A stretch of 32,420 bases of DNA from Thermodesulfobacteriales bacterium (GTDB lineage: Bacteria; Desulfobacterota_D; UBA1144; Nemesobacterales; UBA2774), in the NCBI GenBank assembly GCA_004525335.1, contig SPCL01000003.1:1-32420 (forward strand). The letters are read 5' to 3'. The notes beneath the pieces are model-generated. The model made no database searches, was not told the DNA's origin, and saw only the letters and a program-made list of their open reading frames with translations. Shown piece by piece: positions 1-8,123 of this stretch. The position numbers were made by a program, and so were the translations under genes. The stretch's first letter is position 1. Every line of letters starts with the position of its first letter.

Positions 1-105
1 ACGAGTTCCTGGCTGATTACAAGTTAATTAAACCGCCAAATGTCCTTGCCTAAAACAAATGCTCTCAAGCACTAAAATGAGCCTTTCTCTAAAAATTTAT
101 AAAGA

Positions 106-145
106 TTACCAAGATTTTATTGATAAGGATATAAAATCTTGGTAA
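106..145. repeat. Perfect 15-bp inverted repeat with 10-nt spacer
   Basis: TTACCAAGATTTTAT (106-120) and its exact reverse complement ATAAAATCTTGGTAA (131-145). Confidence 0.9.
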
Positions 146-148
146 CAT
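120..148 (+). promoter_or_regulatory. Sigma70-type promoter for tRNA-Gln
   Basis: TTGATA (120-125), 17-nt spacer, TAACAT (143-148) with an extended -10 TG at 140-141; the tRNA starts 15 nt later. Confidence 0.6.
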
Positions 149-162
149 AATCACGTTCGAGT

Positions 163-236
163 TGGGCCGTCGTCTAATGGTAGGACCCTGGCCTTTGACG
201 CCAGTTGTAGAGGTTCGAATCCTCTCGGCCCAGCCA
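163..236 (+). tRNA. tRNA-Gln (anticodon UUG)
   Basis: Cloverleaf read by eye: acceptor TGGGCCG/CGGCCCA, D stem GTCT/GGAC, anticodon stem CTGGC/GCCAG with loop CTTTGAC, T arm AGAGG-TTCGAAT-CCTCT, discriminator G, encoded CCA. Confidence 0.97.
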
Positions 237-366
237 GAACTAATTCTTTCAGTAGATAATTTGAATTCAGCACCAATTCAAGCTCCTCTTATTCCTAAAA
301 GTGTAGGGCCTCAGACGAAAAATAAATACAGACAATAAATTTCTGTGTATAGCATTTCAAAATGAT

Positions 367-2514
367 ATGGCAGCCAACCTAAAAACAAATCTAAATGAAT
401 CACAAGTAAAAGCGGTTAAGCACCATAAAGGACCACTGCTTGTTCTAGCAGGCGCGGGTTCCGGTAAAACGAGAATCATTACAGAGAGGATCTCTCATCT
501 TATTAGCGAGCATAATGTAAGGCCCTCTAATATACTTGCCATGACTTTTACCAATAAAGCGGCAAACGAGATGAAACAAAGGGTATCTAATCTTGCCCAT
601 GATGAAACGAAAAACGTTTGGATTGGGACTTTTCATTCGACCTGTCTTAGAATTCTTAAAAGAGATATTAACAAGTTAGATGGATATAACAAGGATTTTA
701 TAATCTATGACGACGGCGATCAGATAAAACTTATTAAAGACTGTATGGGTCGGCTCAATATTGGGGACAAACTAGTAAGCCCGAAATCAGCTAGAGCCCA
801 AATAGACGGGGCTAAAAATAAAGGTCTCGGACCTGATAGTCCTGAGTTAAGAGAATATGACAAACATGTTCAAAGCATATATTCGTTATATGAGAAAGAG
901 CTTAGAAAATCAAACGCCCTTGATTTCGGAGATCTCCTTCATGTTACAGTAAAACTCTTTGAAAAAAAGCCTGAAGTCTTAGAAAATTACCAAAACCAAT
1001 TTCATTATTTACTCGTAGACGAATACCAGGACACAAATCATGTGCAGTACAAAATTGTGGAGATGCTCTCTAGAAAACATAGGAACATATTTGTTGTGGG
1101 AGATGACAACCAGTCAATTTACGGCTGGCGCGGGGCGGATATAAAAAACATTCTCAATTTTGAGAAAGATTTTTCAGATGCCAAAATTATTAAGCTTGAG
1201 CAAAATTACAGGTCTACTAAAAATATTCTCGAAGCAGCAAATAAACTTATTACCCATAATAAAAACAGGCACAAAAAAAACTTGTACACCGAAAATGACC
1301 AAGGTGATCTGATAAATTACTATGAAGCGAGCGACGATAAGAATGAAGCAAAACACCTGTCTTCTAAAATATTTAACGAGATAAAGAAGGGAGATTACTC
1401 ATATAAAGATATTGCAATTTTCTTTAGAACCAATACCCAGTCCAGGTTACTTGAAGAAGAATTACTTCGTAAAAGCATCCCATATAAAATGGTAGGAAGT
1501 ACCGAGTTTTATAAAAGAAAAGAGATTAAAGACATCCTTGCATTCCTTAAGATAATAGTAAACCCTTCTGATGAAATAAGCCTTAAACGAATTATTAATG
1601 TGCCGCCTAGAGGAATCGGCAATGTAACAATTAACAATCTTGATGAGATCGCAAAGGAAAGGGAGGTCTCTTTTTATGAGGCGATTCAGATTGCTCTCAA
1701 AGAAAAATTTCTTTCAAATAGCGTGTTAATGAAAATAGAAAGGCTCAATAATTTACTTACTGAGCTAATAGAATTTCCCGAAAAAGATGACATAGTAAGT
1801 CTCATAAACCATGTGCTTCATAAAACTAAATATTTGGACATGCTGGAAAAGGAAGAAGAAAGAAAAGAGAATATAGGGGAAATTTTAAACCTTGCTGTAG
1901 AATTTCAGAAAGAAAGAGAAGAGACTACTCTAAATGATTTCTTAGATAGTGTAACTCTTGCAAGCGATCTTGATAAATACAGTGAAAATAGCGATCAGGT
2001 GACTCTTATGACTCTTCATTCCGCAAAGGGGTTAGAATTCCCAATAGTATTTATTGTCGGGATGGAGGAGAATCTTCTCCCACATTTTAATTCAACTATG
2101 AACGGACAGGTCGAAGAAGAAAGAAGACTTTTTTATGTTGGAATAACCAGGGCAAAAGAAAAAGTATATCTCGCAGGGGCTGCCAGAAGAATGGTTTTTG
2201 GAAAACAGCAAGCCTCAATCCCATCAAGGTTTATTTCAGAACTACCACAAGAGCTAATAAGATTAGAGACCCCTCATTTTGAAGAAAATAATCAAGCTAG
2301 AAGTGCTAGAAAATATCCTACCAAGACTATCTCTAAACCTGCTACAAGCTATCAAAATACCGGACGTTATAAGGTTGGGCAAAAAGTTGTACACTCAGCA
2401 TTTGGAGAGGGTTTAATAAAAAGAGTAGAAGGCTCAGGAGACGATGCAAAGGTAACAGTGTTTTTTCCAAGTGTCGGTGACAAAAAGATCATTGCCAGCT
2501 ATCTTGAAAACTGA
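367..2514 (+). CDS. pcrA: SF1A ATP-dependent DNA helicase PcrA/UvrD
   Basis: Motifs AGAGSGKT, DEYQD, GDDNQSIY, LEQNYRS, LHSAKGLEF, EERRLFYVGITRA, and a C-terminal Tudor-like domain (KVGQKVVHSAFGEG). Confidence 0.93.
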   Translation: MAANLKTNLNESQVKAVKHHKGPLLVLAGAGSGKTRIITERISHLISEHNVRPSNILAMTFTNKAANEMKQRVSNLAHDETKNVWIGTFHSTCLRILKRDINKLDGYNKDFIIYDDGDQIKLIKDCMGRLNIGDKLVSPKSARAQIDGAKNKGLGPDSPELREYDKHVQSIYSLYEKELRKSNALDFGDLLHVTVKLFEKKPEVLENYQNQFHYLLVDEYQDTNHVQYKIVEMLSRKHRNIFVVGDDNQSIYGWRGADIKNILNFEKDFSDAKIIKLEQNYRSTKNILEAANKLITHNKNRHKKNLYTENDQGDLINYYEASDDKNEAKHLSSKIFNEIKKGDYSYKDIAIFFRTNTQSRLLEEELLRKSIPYKMVGSTEFYKRKEIKDILAFLKIIVNPSDEISLKRIINVPPRGIGNVTINNLDEIAKEREVSFYEAIQIALKEKFLSNSVLMKIERLNNLLTELIEFPEKDDIVSLINHVLHKTKYLDMLEKEEERKENIGEILNLAVEFQKEREETTLNDFLDSVTLASDLDKYSENSDQVTLMTLHSAKGLEFPIVFIVGMEENLLPHFNSTMNGQVEEERRLFYVGITRAKEKVYLAGAARRMVFGKQQASIPSRFISELPQELIRLETPHFEENNQARSARKYPTKTISKPATSYQNTGRYKVGQKVVHSAFGEGLIKRVEGSGDDAKVTVFFPSVGDKKIIASYLEN

Positions 2515-2523
2515 TCCATAGTT

Positions 2524-3993
2524 TTAAGAAGAGCAGCTTATAACTAAATTCTTGCCCCAGTCGGGTGAAGCCTCAGCATAATCTTGAAATTGTATTTATT
2601 CACTAAACGGATCTCTTAAGATTCTATGTAGACGTTCAATCTCTGTATAATCCGCCTCATCAACAGCCTTTCTGATCGCGTTCTCTGCAAGATAGTTTCT
2701 GAGTATGAATTTTGGATTTACTAAATTCATACTCTTATTACGTTCAGTATCATTGCTATTTTCTGCCTTAAGACGGAGTTTATATGATGACATCCAATCT
2801 GAAATTGCGCCCTGATCTTCAAACATAAAAACTATGTCTTGATTCCGGTCTGAATTATTGGACGTGATATTGCTTAAGCGTCTCAAGAAAATCGTATAAT
2901 CCACTTTCTCCTTAGCCAGAATATCTAATAGCCTCTTTATTAATTCTACATCTTCAGTCATTTCCTCTTTAAGTCCAATCTTCTTACTCATAATCTCTAC
3001 GTAGCAGCTTGCATATATGTTTCTAAAATTATCTAAAGATTCTTGAGCTTTCTCCCCGTCAACAATTGAGCTTAGAGCAACAGCTAACTTATTTAAATTC
3101 CAAAGAGCAATAGCAGGCTGGTTTTGATATGAATATCTCCCAAAATTATCTGAATGATTAGGAGTGTATTCAGGATTGCAATCTTCCAGAAAACCGTAAG
3201 GCCCATAATCTATTGTAAGCCCCGTGATAGACATATTATCTGTATTCATAACACCGTGAGCAAATCCAACAGATTGCCACTTAGCCATAAGCTGAGCGGT
3301 CCTCTTAGCTACTTCTGAGAAAAACAGATCATATCTATTTTCCAATCCAAGAAACTCGGGAAAATGATGCTCTATAACATAATCCGCTAAGAGCTTTACG
3401 CAGTCTGGTCTATCTGTATAGTGAAAAGCCTCAAATGAACCAAAGCGCACATGAGTCTGGGCCATTCTAACCATCATGGCTCCCTTTTCACTTGTCTCAC
3501 GTTGTACTATTTCATCACTTCCTATGATACAAAGCGCTCTTGTTGTAGGAATTCCAAGCCCATGCATGGCCTCACTACAAAGATATTCCCTTATGCATGA
3601 TCTCAACACCGCTCTGCCGTCAAAAATGCGTGAGAACTTAGTTCGTCCTGCTCCTTTTAAATGGAGATCCCAGATCTCTCCTTTCTTATTTCGAACTTCT
3701 CCTAAAAGAATTGCACGACCATCTCCTATGTCCGGATTGTAAACTCCAAACTGATGCCCAGTGTAATACATGGCAAGCGGATCTGACCCTGGCAACATTT
3801 TCTTTCCGGAAAGATAATCTGCGAACTCAGGTAGCTCTGCTTGAGTCGGATCAAGATCAATTAGGGCAGCAGCGTCTGAATTAAAAGAGACAAGATCGGG
3901 ATTACTAAGAGGCGTTGGTTTAACCAGATCATAAAACTCTTGTGGCAGTTTTCTGTAAGTATTATCAAACTCTAGATCGGTGATTTTTCTCAT
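2524..3993 (-). pseudogene. selO: Protein adenylyltransferase SelO/YdiU with an in-frame TAA at 2596-2598 (truncated allele, readthrough or base-call error)
   Basis: Motifs YTGHQFG, GDGRA, LKGAG, DGRAVLRS, GIPTTRAL, HGVMNTDN, DYGP. The ORF stops at ...PFSE*, but the same frame continues IQFQDYAEASPDWGKNLVISCSS* to 2524, matching the family's PDWG..L..SCSS terminus. Family call is firm; pseudogene status is not. Confidence 0.8.
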
Positions 3994-4036
3994 GCTAACA
4001 TGGGTGTCAGTTTGTAGTGGTCACGGCAAAAAAGGA

Positions 4037-4075
4037 AGTATAACATTGCCTGGCTCATAGCAAACTATATAAAAT
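4037..4075. promoter_or_regulatory. Overlapping divergent promoters for selO (-) and the DUF2103-like ORF (+)
   Basis: Minus strand: extended -10 TGT-TATACT (4045-4037). Plus strand: TTGCCT (4046-4051), 18 nt, TAAAAT (4070-4075). Confidence 0.45.
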
Positions 4076-4129
4076 GGTTGTATATTAGTTTTCGAGGCTT
4101 ATTAAAATAGCACTAATGAAGTAAATAAT

Positions 4130-4417
4130 ATGAAACATAGAAAGAATAAGATTAAACGTCAGCATGGGATTATTAAAGGCTTAAAGAAATTCCTGGAACA
4201 TAATGTTTCTTCATTAGACTCTGTTGAAGGAATTATTCCAGGGCGGATTAAGGTAGGGAAAACACCTGGAGAGAACTTAATAGTAAGCTACCAATACAAC
4301 ACCATAAGCGGCGCAAAATTAATAGGAAGAAGCGGCACATCGGTACAGGAAGTTTTTGTTATAACAAGTGATCCGGACAGACTTAAAGATGTCATAGAAG
4401 AGCAGTATCCGGAATAG
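4130..4417 (+). CDS. Small conserved protein, DUF2103-like
   Basis: 95 aa with K.K..H.II.GL, IIPGRI and KL..RSGTSVQEVFVIT, resembling DUF2103 from memory; converges on dnaE with a 4-nt gap. Confidence 0.7.
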   Translation: MKHRKNKIKRQHGIIKGLKKFLEHNVSSLDSVEGIIPGRIKVGKTPGENLIVSYQYNTISGAKLIGRSGTSVQEVFVITSDPDRLKDVIEEQYPE

Positions 4418-4421
4418 GAAA

Positions 4422-7400
4422 CTAAATAAATCTTACAGCTCGCTCACCCAGCAGTTGCTCGACCTCGGTAATAAATCTATCTTCCACATCAACTCTGAAA
4501 TTGCCAACCTCTAAAACAGATTCACCGTCATCGGTATTAATGTGTACATGAACCTCACAACTGCCTGGATATTTATTCAAAATATCTCTCAACTCCTCAA
4601 AGTTATCTTTGGTTGAGGAAGCTCTATCAAAATTGATATGCACTGTCGAGCCGCTTCTCATCCCCTTGAGCGATATAATATCAAGCGCTCTTAGCTTTAC
4701 TTGGTCATCACTTGGTTCAGCCATGCCTTTTATTATAATGGGCTCTACTTTTTCCTCTAAAATTGTACGGGTTTTTCTTAACAATTTGTCAAAAATGACG
4801 ACCTCTACAGAGCCTTTCATATCCTCAAGAACGAGGTTGGCATAAATACCAGACCCACTTTTAGTAGTTTTAATGACTAGAGATCTCACTACTCCCGCAA
4901 TGCTTACCTCACATTTTTCTTTTATTTCCATGAGCGCTTCGGTATCGATGCTTGTAAGCGTGTTATTCATTTCGGAGGAGTATTTCGCCATCGGATGGCT
5001 TGTAACGTAAAATCCTAGCACTTCCATTTCCTTGGCTAATACATCTTTTTCATGCCACTCATCTACATCAGATAGAGTGGGCATAGTAACCGAATCGTTC
5101 AAAGCAAAAAGAGAATGTTGCCCTTCTGCGGAGCTCTTTTGCTTTATTGATGTGTAGCTAAGTAGTGTTTCAACCGATTCCATAAGACAAGCGCGGTGTT
5201 GGCCAAAGGAATCAAATGCTCCGCTCTTAATGAGGCTCTCAAATGTCCTCCTATTTAACTTTCTCGCTTCAACACGCTCACACAAGCTAAATATTGTCTC
5301 AAAATCGCCCCCCTCTTCTCTGGCATCAATGATTGCTTGAACAGTGCTTGCACCAACATTCTTAATACCGGATAGGCCAAACCTTATTTTTCCATTAGAT
5401 GCTGTAAAGCCGGCCATACTCTCATTAACATCAGGAGCCAGCACATCTATACCCATTTGCTTACATTCTGTAATGCTTGAAATAACTTTATCTGTATTGC
5501 CTGAGTCAACCGATAGAAGAGCAGCCATAAACTCTGCAGGGAAATGGGCTTTCAAATATGCAGTTTGGTAAGTAATAAGAGCGTAAGCTGTGCTGTGACT
5601 TTTATTAAAAGAGTATTCGGCAAATTTTTCCATCGTATCAAATAGCTCTTTTGCCTTCTTATCGGTTATACCCTTCTCCTTAGCACCCTTAAGAAACCTG
5701 GCTCTCTGGGCTTTCATTTCCTTGGGTTTCTTTTTGCCCATTGCACGTCTTAACAGATCAGCTTCTCCGAGGCTGTAATTAGCCACCACACTTGCAGTCT
5801 GCATTATCTGTTCTTGGTAGACGAATAAGCCGTATGTATCTTTTAGGATTTCTTGTAAATCAGGAAGAGGGAATTTAATTTTCGCTTTGCCGTGCTTTCT
5901 TTTAATAAAGTCATCTACCATGCCGCTATCGAGTGGGCCGGGACGATATAAAGCAAGCAGAGCGATTAGGTCTCCAAATTCTGTTGGATGAAGTTTATTA
6001 AGAACATCTTTCATACCTGAAGACTCAATTTGGAATATTCCACGGGTACGGCCTGTTGTTAGTAGTTCGTAGACCTTCTTATCATCTAAAGGAATTCTAT
6101 CTATTCGTATCCATTTGTCCTCGTCATAATTATCTTTTATTAGATTAAGCGCTTTATTTATAACGGTCAGGGTTTTTAAGCCTAGAAAATCGAACTTTAC
6201 GAAGCCCAATTCTTCAATTGAGTTCATATCAAACTGTGTCACTACCTCATTTTTTGAACCTTTATAAAGAGGGATATGATCGGCAAGGGGCTCATTGGCT
6301 ATTACAATCCCGGCAGCATGAGTTGAGGAATGCCGCACCATATTTTCAAGCGGCCTGGCTAGCTCAATCATTTCCTGTAGTTGCGGAGAGCTTTTTATTA
6401 AGTCTTTTAATTCTTTGACCTCTTTAATTGCTCTGTCTATGCTGAAAACTTTTCCTCTAAACGACGGGATTAGTTTTGAAACCCTATCTACATCCGCATA
6501 AGGAATCCCAAGCACACGGCCGACGTCTTTAACAACTGCCTTTGCAGACATTGTTCCGAATGTCCCAATCTGAGCAACTTTATCTGCTCCGTATTTCTCT
6601 GTTACATATCTTATTACTTCGTCTCTTCCTTCACCGCAGAAATCTATATCTATATCAGGCATGCTGATACGCTCAGGGTTAAGGAATCTCTCAAAAATCA
6701 GATCATAGGGTATTGGGTCAACTTCGGTAATACCGAGCACATACGCAACCAAACTTCCTGCTGCGCTTCCTCTACCAGGACCAACCGGTATACCGTTTGA
6801 TTTAGCATAGTTTATGAAATCGGCTACAACGAGAAAGTAACCAGGAAATCCCATCTCTAGTATTATCTTAAGCTCAGTTTCTAACCTGTCTGAGTACTCG
6901 TCAAACTTTTCTTCGGGTATTAGGCCTTCTTCTATTTTTTCTTTTAATTTCTGCCTTGAAAGCTCAGACATATAATCGTCAAGAGATTGATCCCCTTCAA
7001 CTTTGTATTCGGGAAGTTTATATCCGGTGTGTTCAAACTCGAAGTTACAGCGCTTGGCAACTTCCCCTGTCCTATGAATCGCGTCTTCAAACCCTGCAAG
7101 ATCACCAAGCATCTCACCTTCTGACTTTAGGTAATACTGGTCACCTTGAAATCTAAATCTATTCTCATCTTGAATAGAAGAGCCTGTTTGAATGCACAGA
7201 AGAGCGTCGTGAGGCTTTGTATCCTCTTTACGTAAGAAATGACAATCATTGGTTGCAACAAGAGAGATCCCAAGTTTTTCCCCAATTTCCTTAACTTTCT
7301 TATTAACTCTTATTTGTTCTGGTAAACCTGTGGCCTGTACTTCAAGGTAATATCTGTCGCCAAATATCTCTCTATACATAGCCGCAACATCAAGCGCTGC

Positions 7401-7856
7401 AGTCATATCTTTACTGAAAATCGCTTTAGACAGCTCACTGTTAAGACAACCGCTCAGCACTATAAGCCCTTCGTTGTGCTTATCTAAAAGTTTGTGATCC
7501 ACGCGCGGTCTTCTGTAAAAACCATCAAAATAGGCGGCTGTAACAAGCCTTGAGAGATTTTGATAGCCCTTATAGTTCATCGAGAGAACGGTTAGATGGT
7601 GAGTTTTCCCCTCTGAAGGGTTATCGGGGTTAATCTTTGGAGTTACATAAATTTCACAGCCTATAATTGGCTTTATACCGGTTTCTTTGGCTTTTTTGTA
7701 AAAGTCGTAGGCACCAAAGAGGTTACCGTGATCTGTAAGAGCTACGGCTTCCATGCCAAACTCTTTAGCCTGAGGGAACAGGTCTTCAAATTTGATGGCG
7801 CCGTCTAGGAGTGAATATTGTGAATGAAGATGAAGGTGAACAAATCCGTCTGACAT
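4422..7856 (-). CDS. dnaE: DNA polymerase III alpha subunit
   Basis: FVHLHLHSQYSLLDG, TDHG, GPGRGSAAGS, MPDIDIDF, KFDFLGL, YSFNKSH and a C-terminal OB fold. Start moved from TTG 7874 to ATG 7856 (MSDGFVHLH) to fit the family N-terminus. No intein-sized insert. Confidence 0.97.
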   Translation of the reverse strand: MSDGFVHLHLHSQYSLLDGAIKFEDLFPQAKEFGMEAVALTDHGNLFGAYDFYKKAKETGIKPIIGCEIYVTPKINPDNPSEGKTHHLTVLSMNYKGYQNLSRLVTAAYFDGFYRRPRVDHKLLDKHNEGLIVLSGCLNSELSKAIFSKDMTAALDVAAMYREIFGDRYYLEVQATGLPEQIRVNKKVKEIGEKLGISLVATNDCHFLRKEDTKPHDALLCIQTGSSIQDENRFRFQGDQYYLKSEGEMLGDLAGFEDAIHRTGEVAKRCNFEFEHTGYKLPEYKVEGDQSLDDYMSELSRQKLKEKIEEGLIPEEKFDEYSDRLETELKIILEMGFPGYFLVVADFINYAKSNGIPVGPGRGSAAGSLVAYVLGITEVDPIPYDLIFERFLNPERISMPDIDIDFCGEGRDEVIRYVTEKYGADKVAQIGTFGTMSAKAVVKDVGRVLGIPYADVDRVSKLIPSFRGKVFSIDRAIKEVKELKDLIKSSPQLQEMIELARPLENMVRHSSTHAAGIVIANEPLADHIPLYKGSKNEVVTQFDMNSIEELGFVKFDFLGLKTLTVINKALNLIKDNYDEDKWIRIDRIPLDDKKVYELLTTGRTRGIFQIESSGMKDVLNKLHPTEFGDLIALLALYRPGPLDSGMVDDFIKRKHGKAKIKFPLPDLQEILKDTYGLFVYQEQIMQTASVVANYSLGEADLLRRAMGKKKPKEMKAQRARFLKGAKEKGITDKKAKELFDTMEKFAEYSFNKSHSTAYALITYQTAYLKAHFPAEFMAALLSVDSGNTDKVISSITECKQMGIDVLAPDVNESMAGFTASNGKIRFGLSGIKNVGASTVQAIIDAREEGGDFETIFSLCERVEARKLNRRTFESLIKSGAFDSFGQHRACLMESVETLLSYTSIKQKSSAEGQHSLFALNDSVTMPTLSDVDEWHEKDVLAKEMEVLGFYVTSHPMAKYSSEMNNTLTSIDTEALMEIKEKCEVSIAGVVRSLVIKTTKSGSGIYANLVLEDMKGSVEVVIFDKLLRKTRTILEEKVEPIIIKGMAEPSDDQVKLRALDIISLKGMRSGSTVHINFDRASSTKDNFEELRDILNKYPGSCEVHVHINTDDGESVLEVGNFRVDVEDRFITEVEQLLGERAVRFI

Positions 7857-7863
7857 TCTAACA

Positions 7864-7893
7864 AGTATAGCCAAGAAGATTTAATCTTAGCAA
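7864..7893 (-). promoter_or_regulatory. Sigma70-type promoter directly before the dnaE ATG
   Basis: TTGCTA (7893-7888), 18 nt, TATACT (7869-7864), then 7 nt to the ATG; no Shine-Dalgarno (SD). Confidence 0.55.
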
Positions 7894-7985
7894 GGGGTTT
7901 AAAAACATCATATGATTTCCGATATTTACACGCCATACACCGCGGTGTTATATGAAAGGTTTATCGAAATTAATATTCCGTCTTG

Positions 7986-8013
7986 TTGAAATGCTTTGTC
8001 ACAAAAGTATATT
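7986..8013 (+). promoter_or_regulatory. Candidate ftsY promoter
   Basis: TTGAAA (7986-7991), 16 nt, TATATT (8008-8013). AT-rich context makes a chance match possible. Confidence 0.35.
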
Positions 8014-8029
8014 TACCACTAATTCATAT

Positions 8030-8051
8030 TAAGTACTTTCTAAAGTACTTA
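8030..8051. repeat. 22-bp dyad of two AAGTACTT palindromes
   Basis: TAAGTACTTT-CT-AAAGTACTTA. Confidence 0.8.
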
Positions 8052-8123
8052 TGTTATTCTAACTACTCAAGTAATTAATTTGCTTAACCATTCTCGTTTG
8101 AGAGGCAGGAGGATTTATAGATA

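Noticed and set aside
3-53. Open frame EFLADYKLIKPPNVLA* at the left edge, possibly the 3' end of an upstream gene
   Set aside because: Too short to confirm as coding or assign a product.
261-281. TTGAATT/AATTCAA inverted repeat after the tRNA as a terminator
   Set aside because: Only 7 AT-rich pairs and no adjacent U-tract.
163-366. tRNA 3' end as an integration site
   Set aside because: No integrase follows and I saw no repeat of the tRNA 3' end elsewhere; the next gene is a core helicase.
2524-2598. Selenocysteine recoding or genome-wide stop reassignment in selO
   Set aside because: The internal stop is TAA, not TGA, and the terminal Cys is TGC. TAA, TAG and TGA all end well-conserved genes at expected positions in this window.
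4422-7856. Intein or split in dnaE
   Set aside because: The length (about 1144 aa) and continuous motifs leave no room for one.
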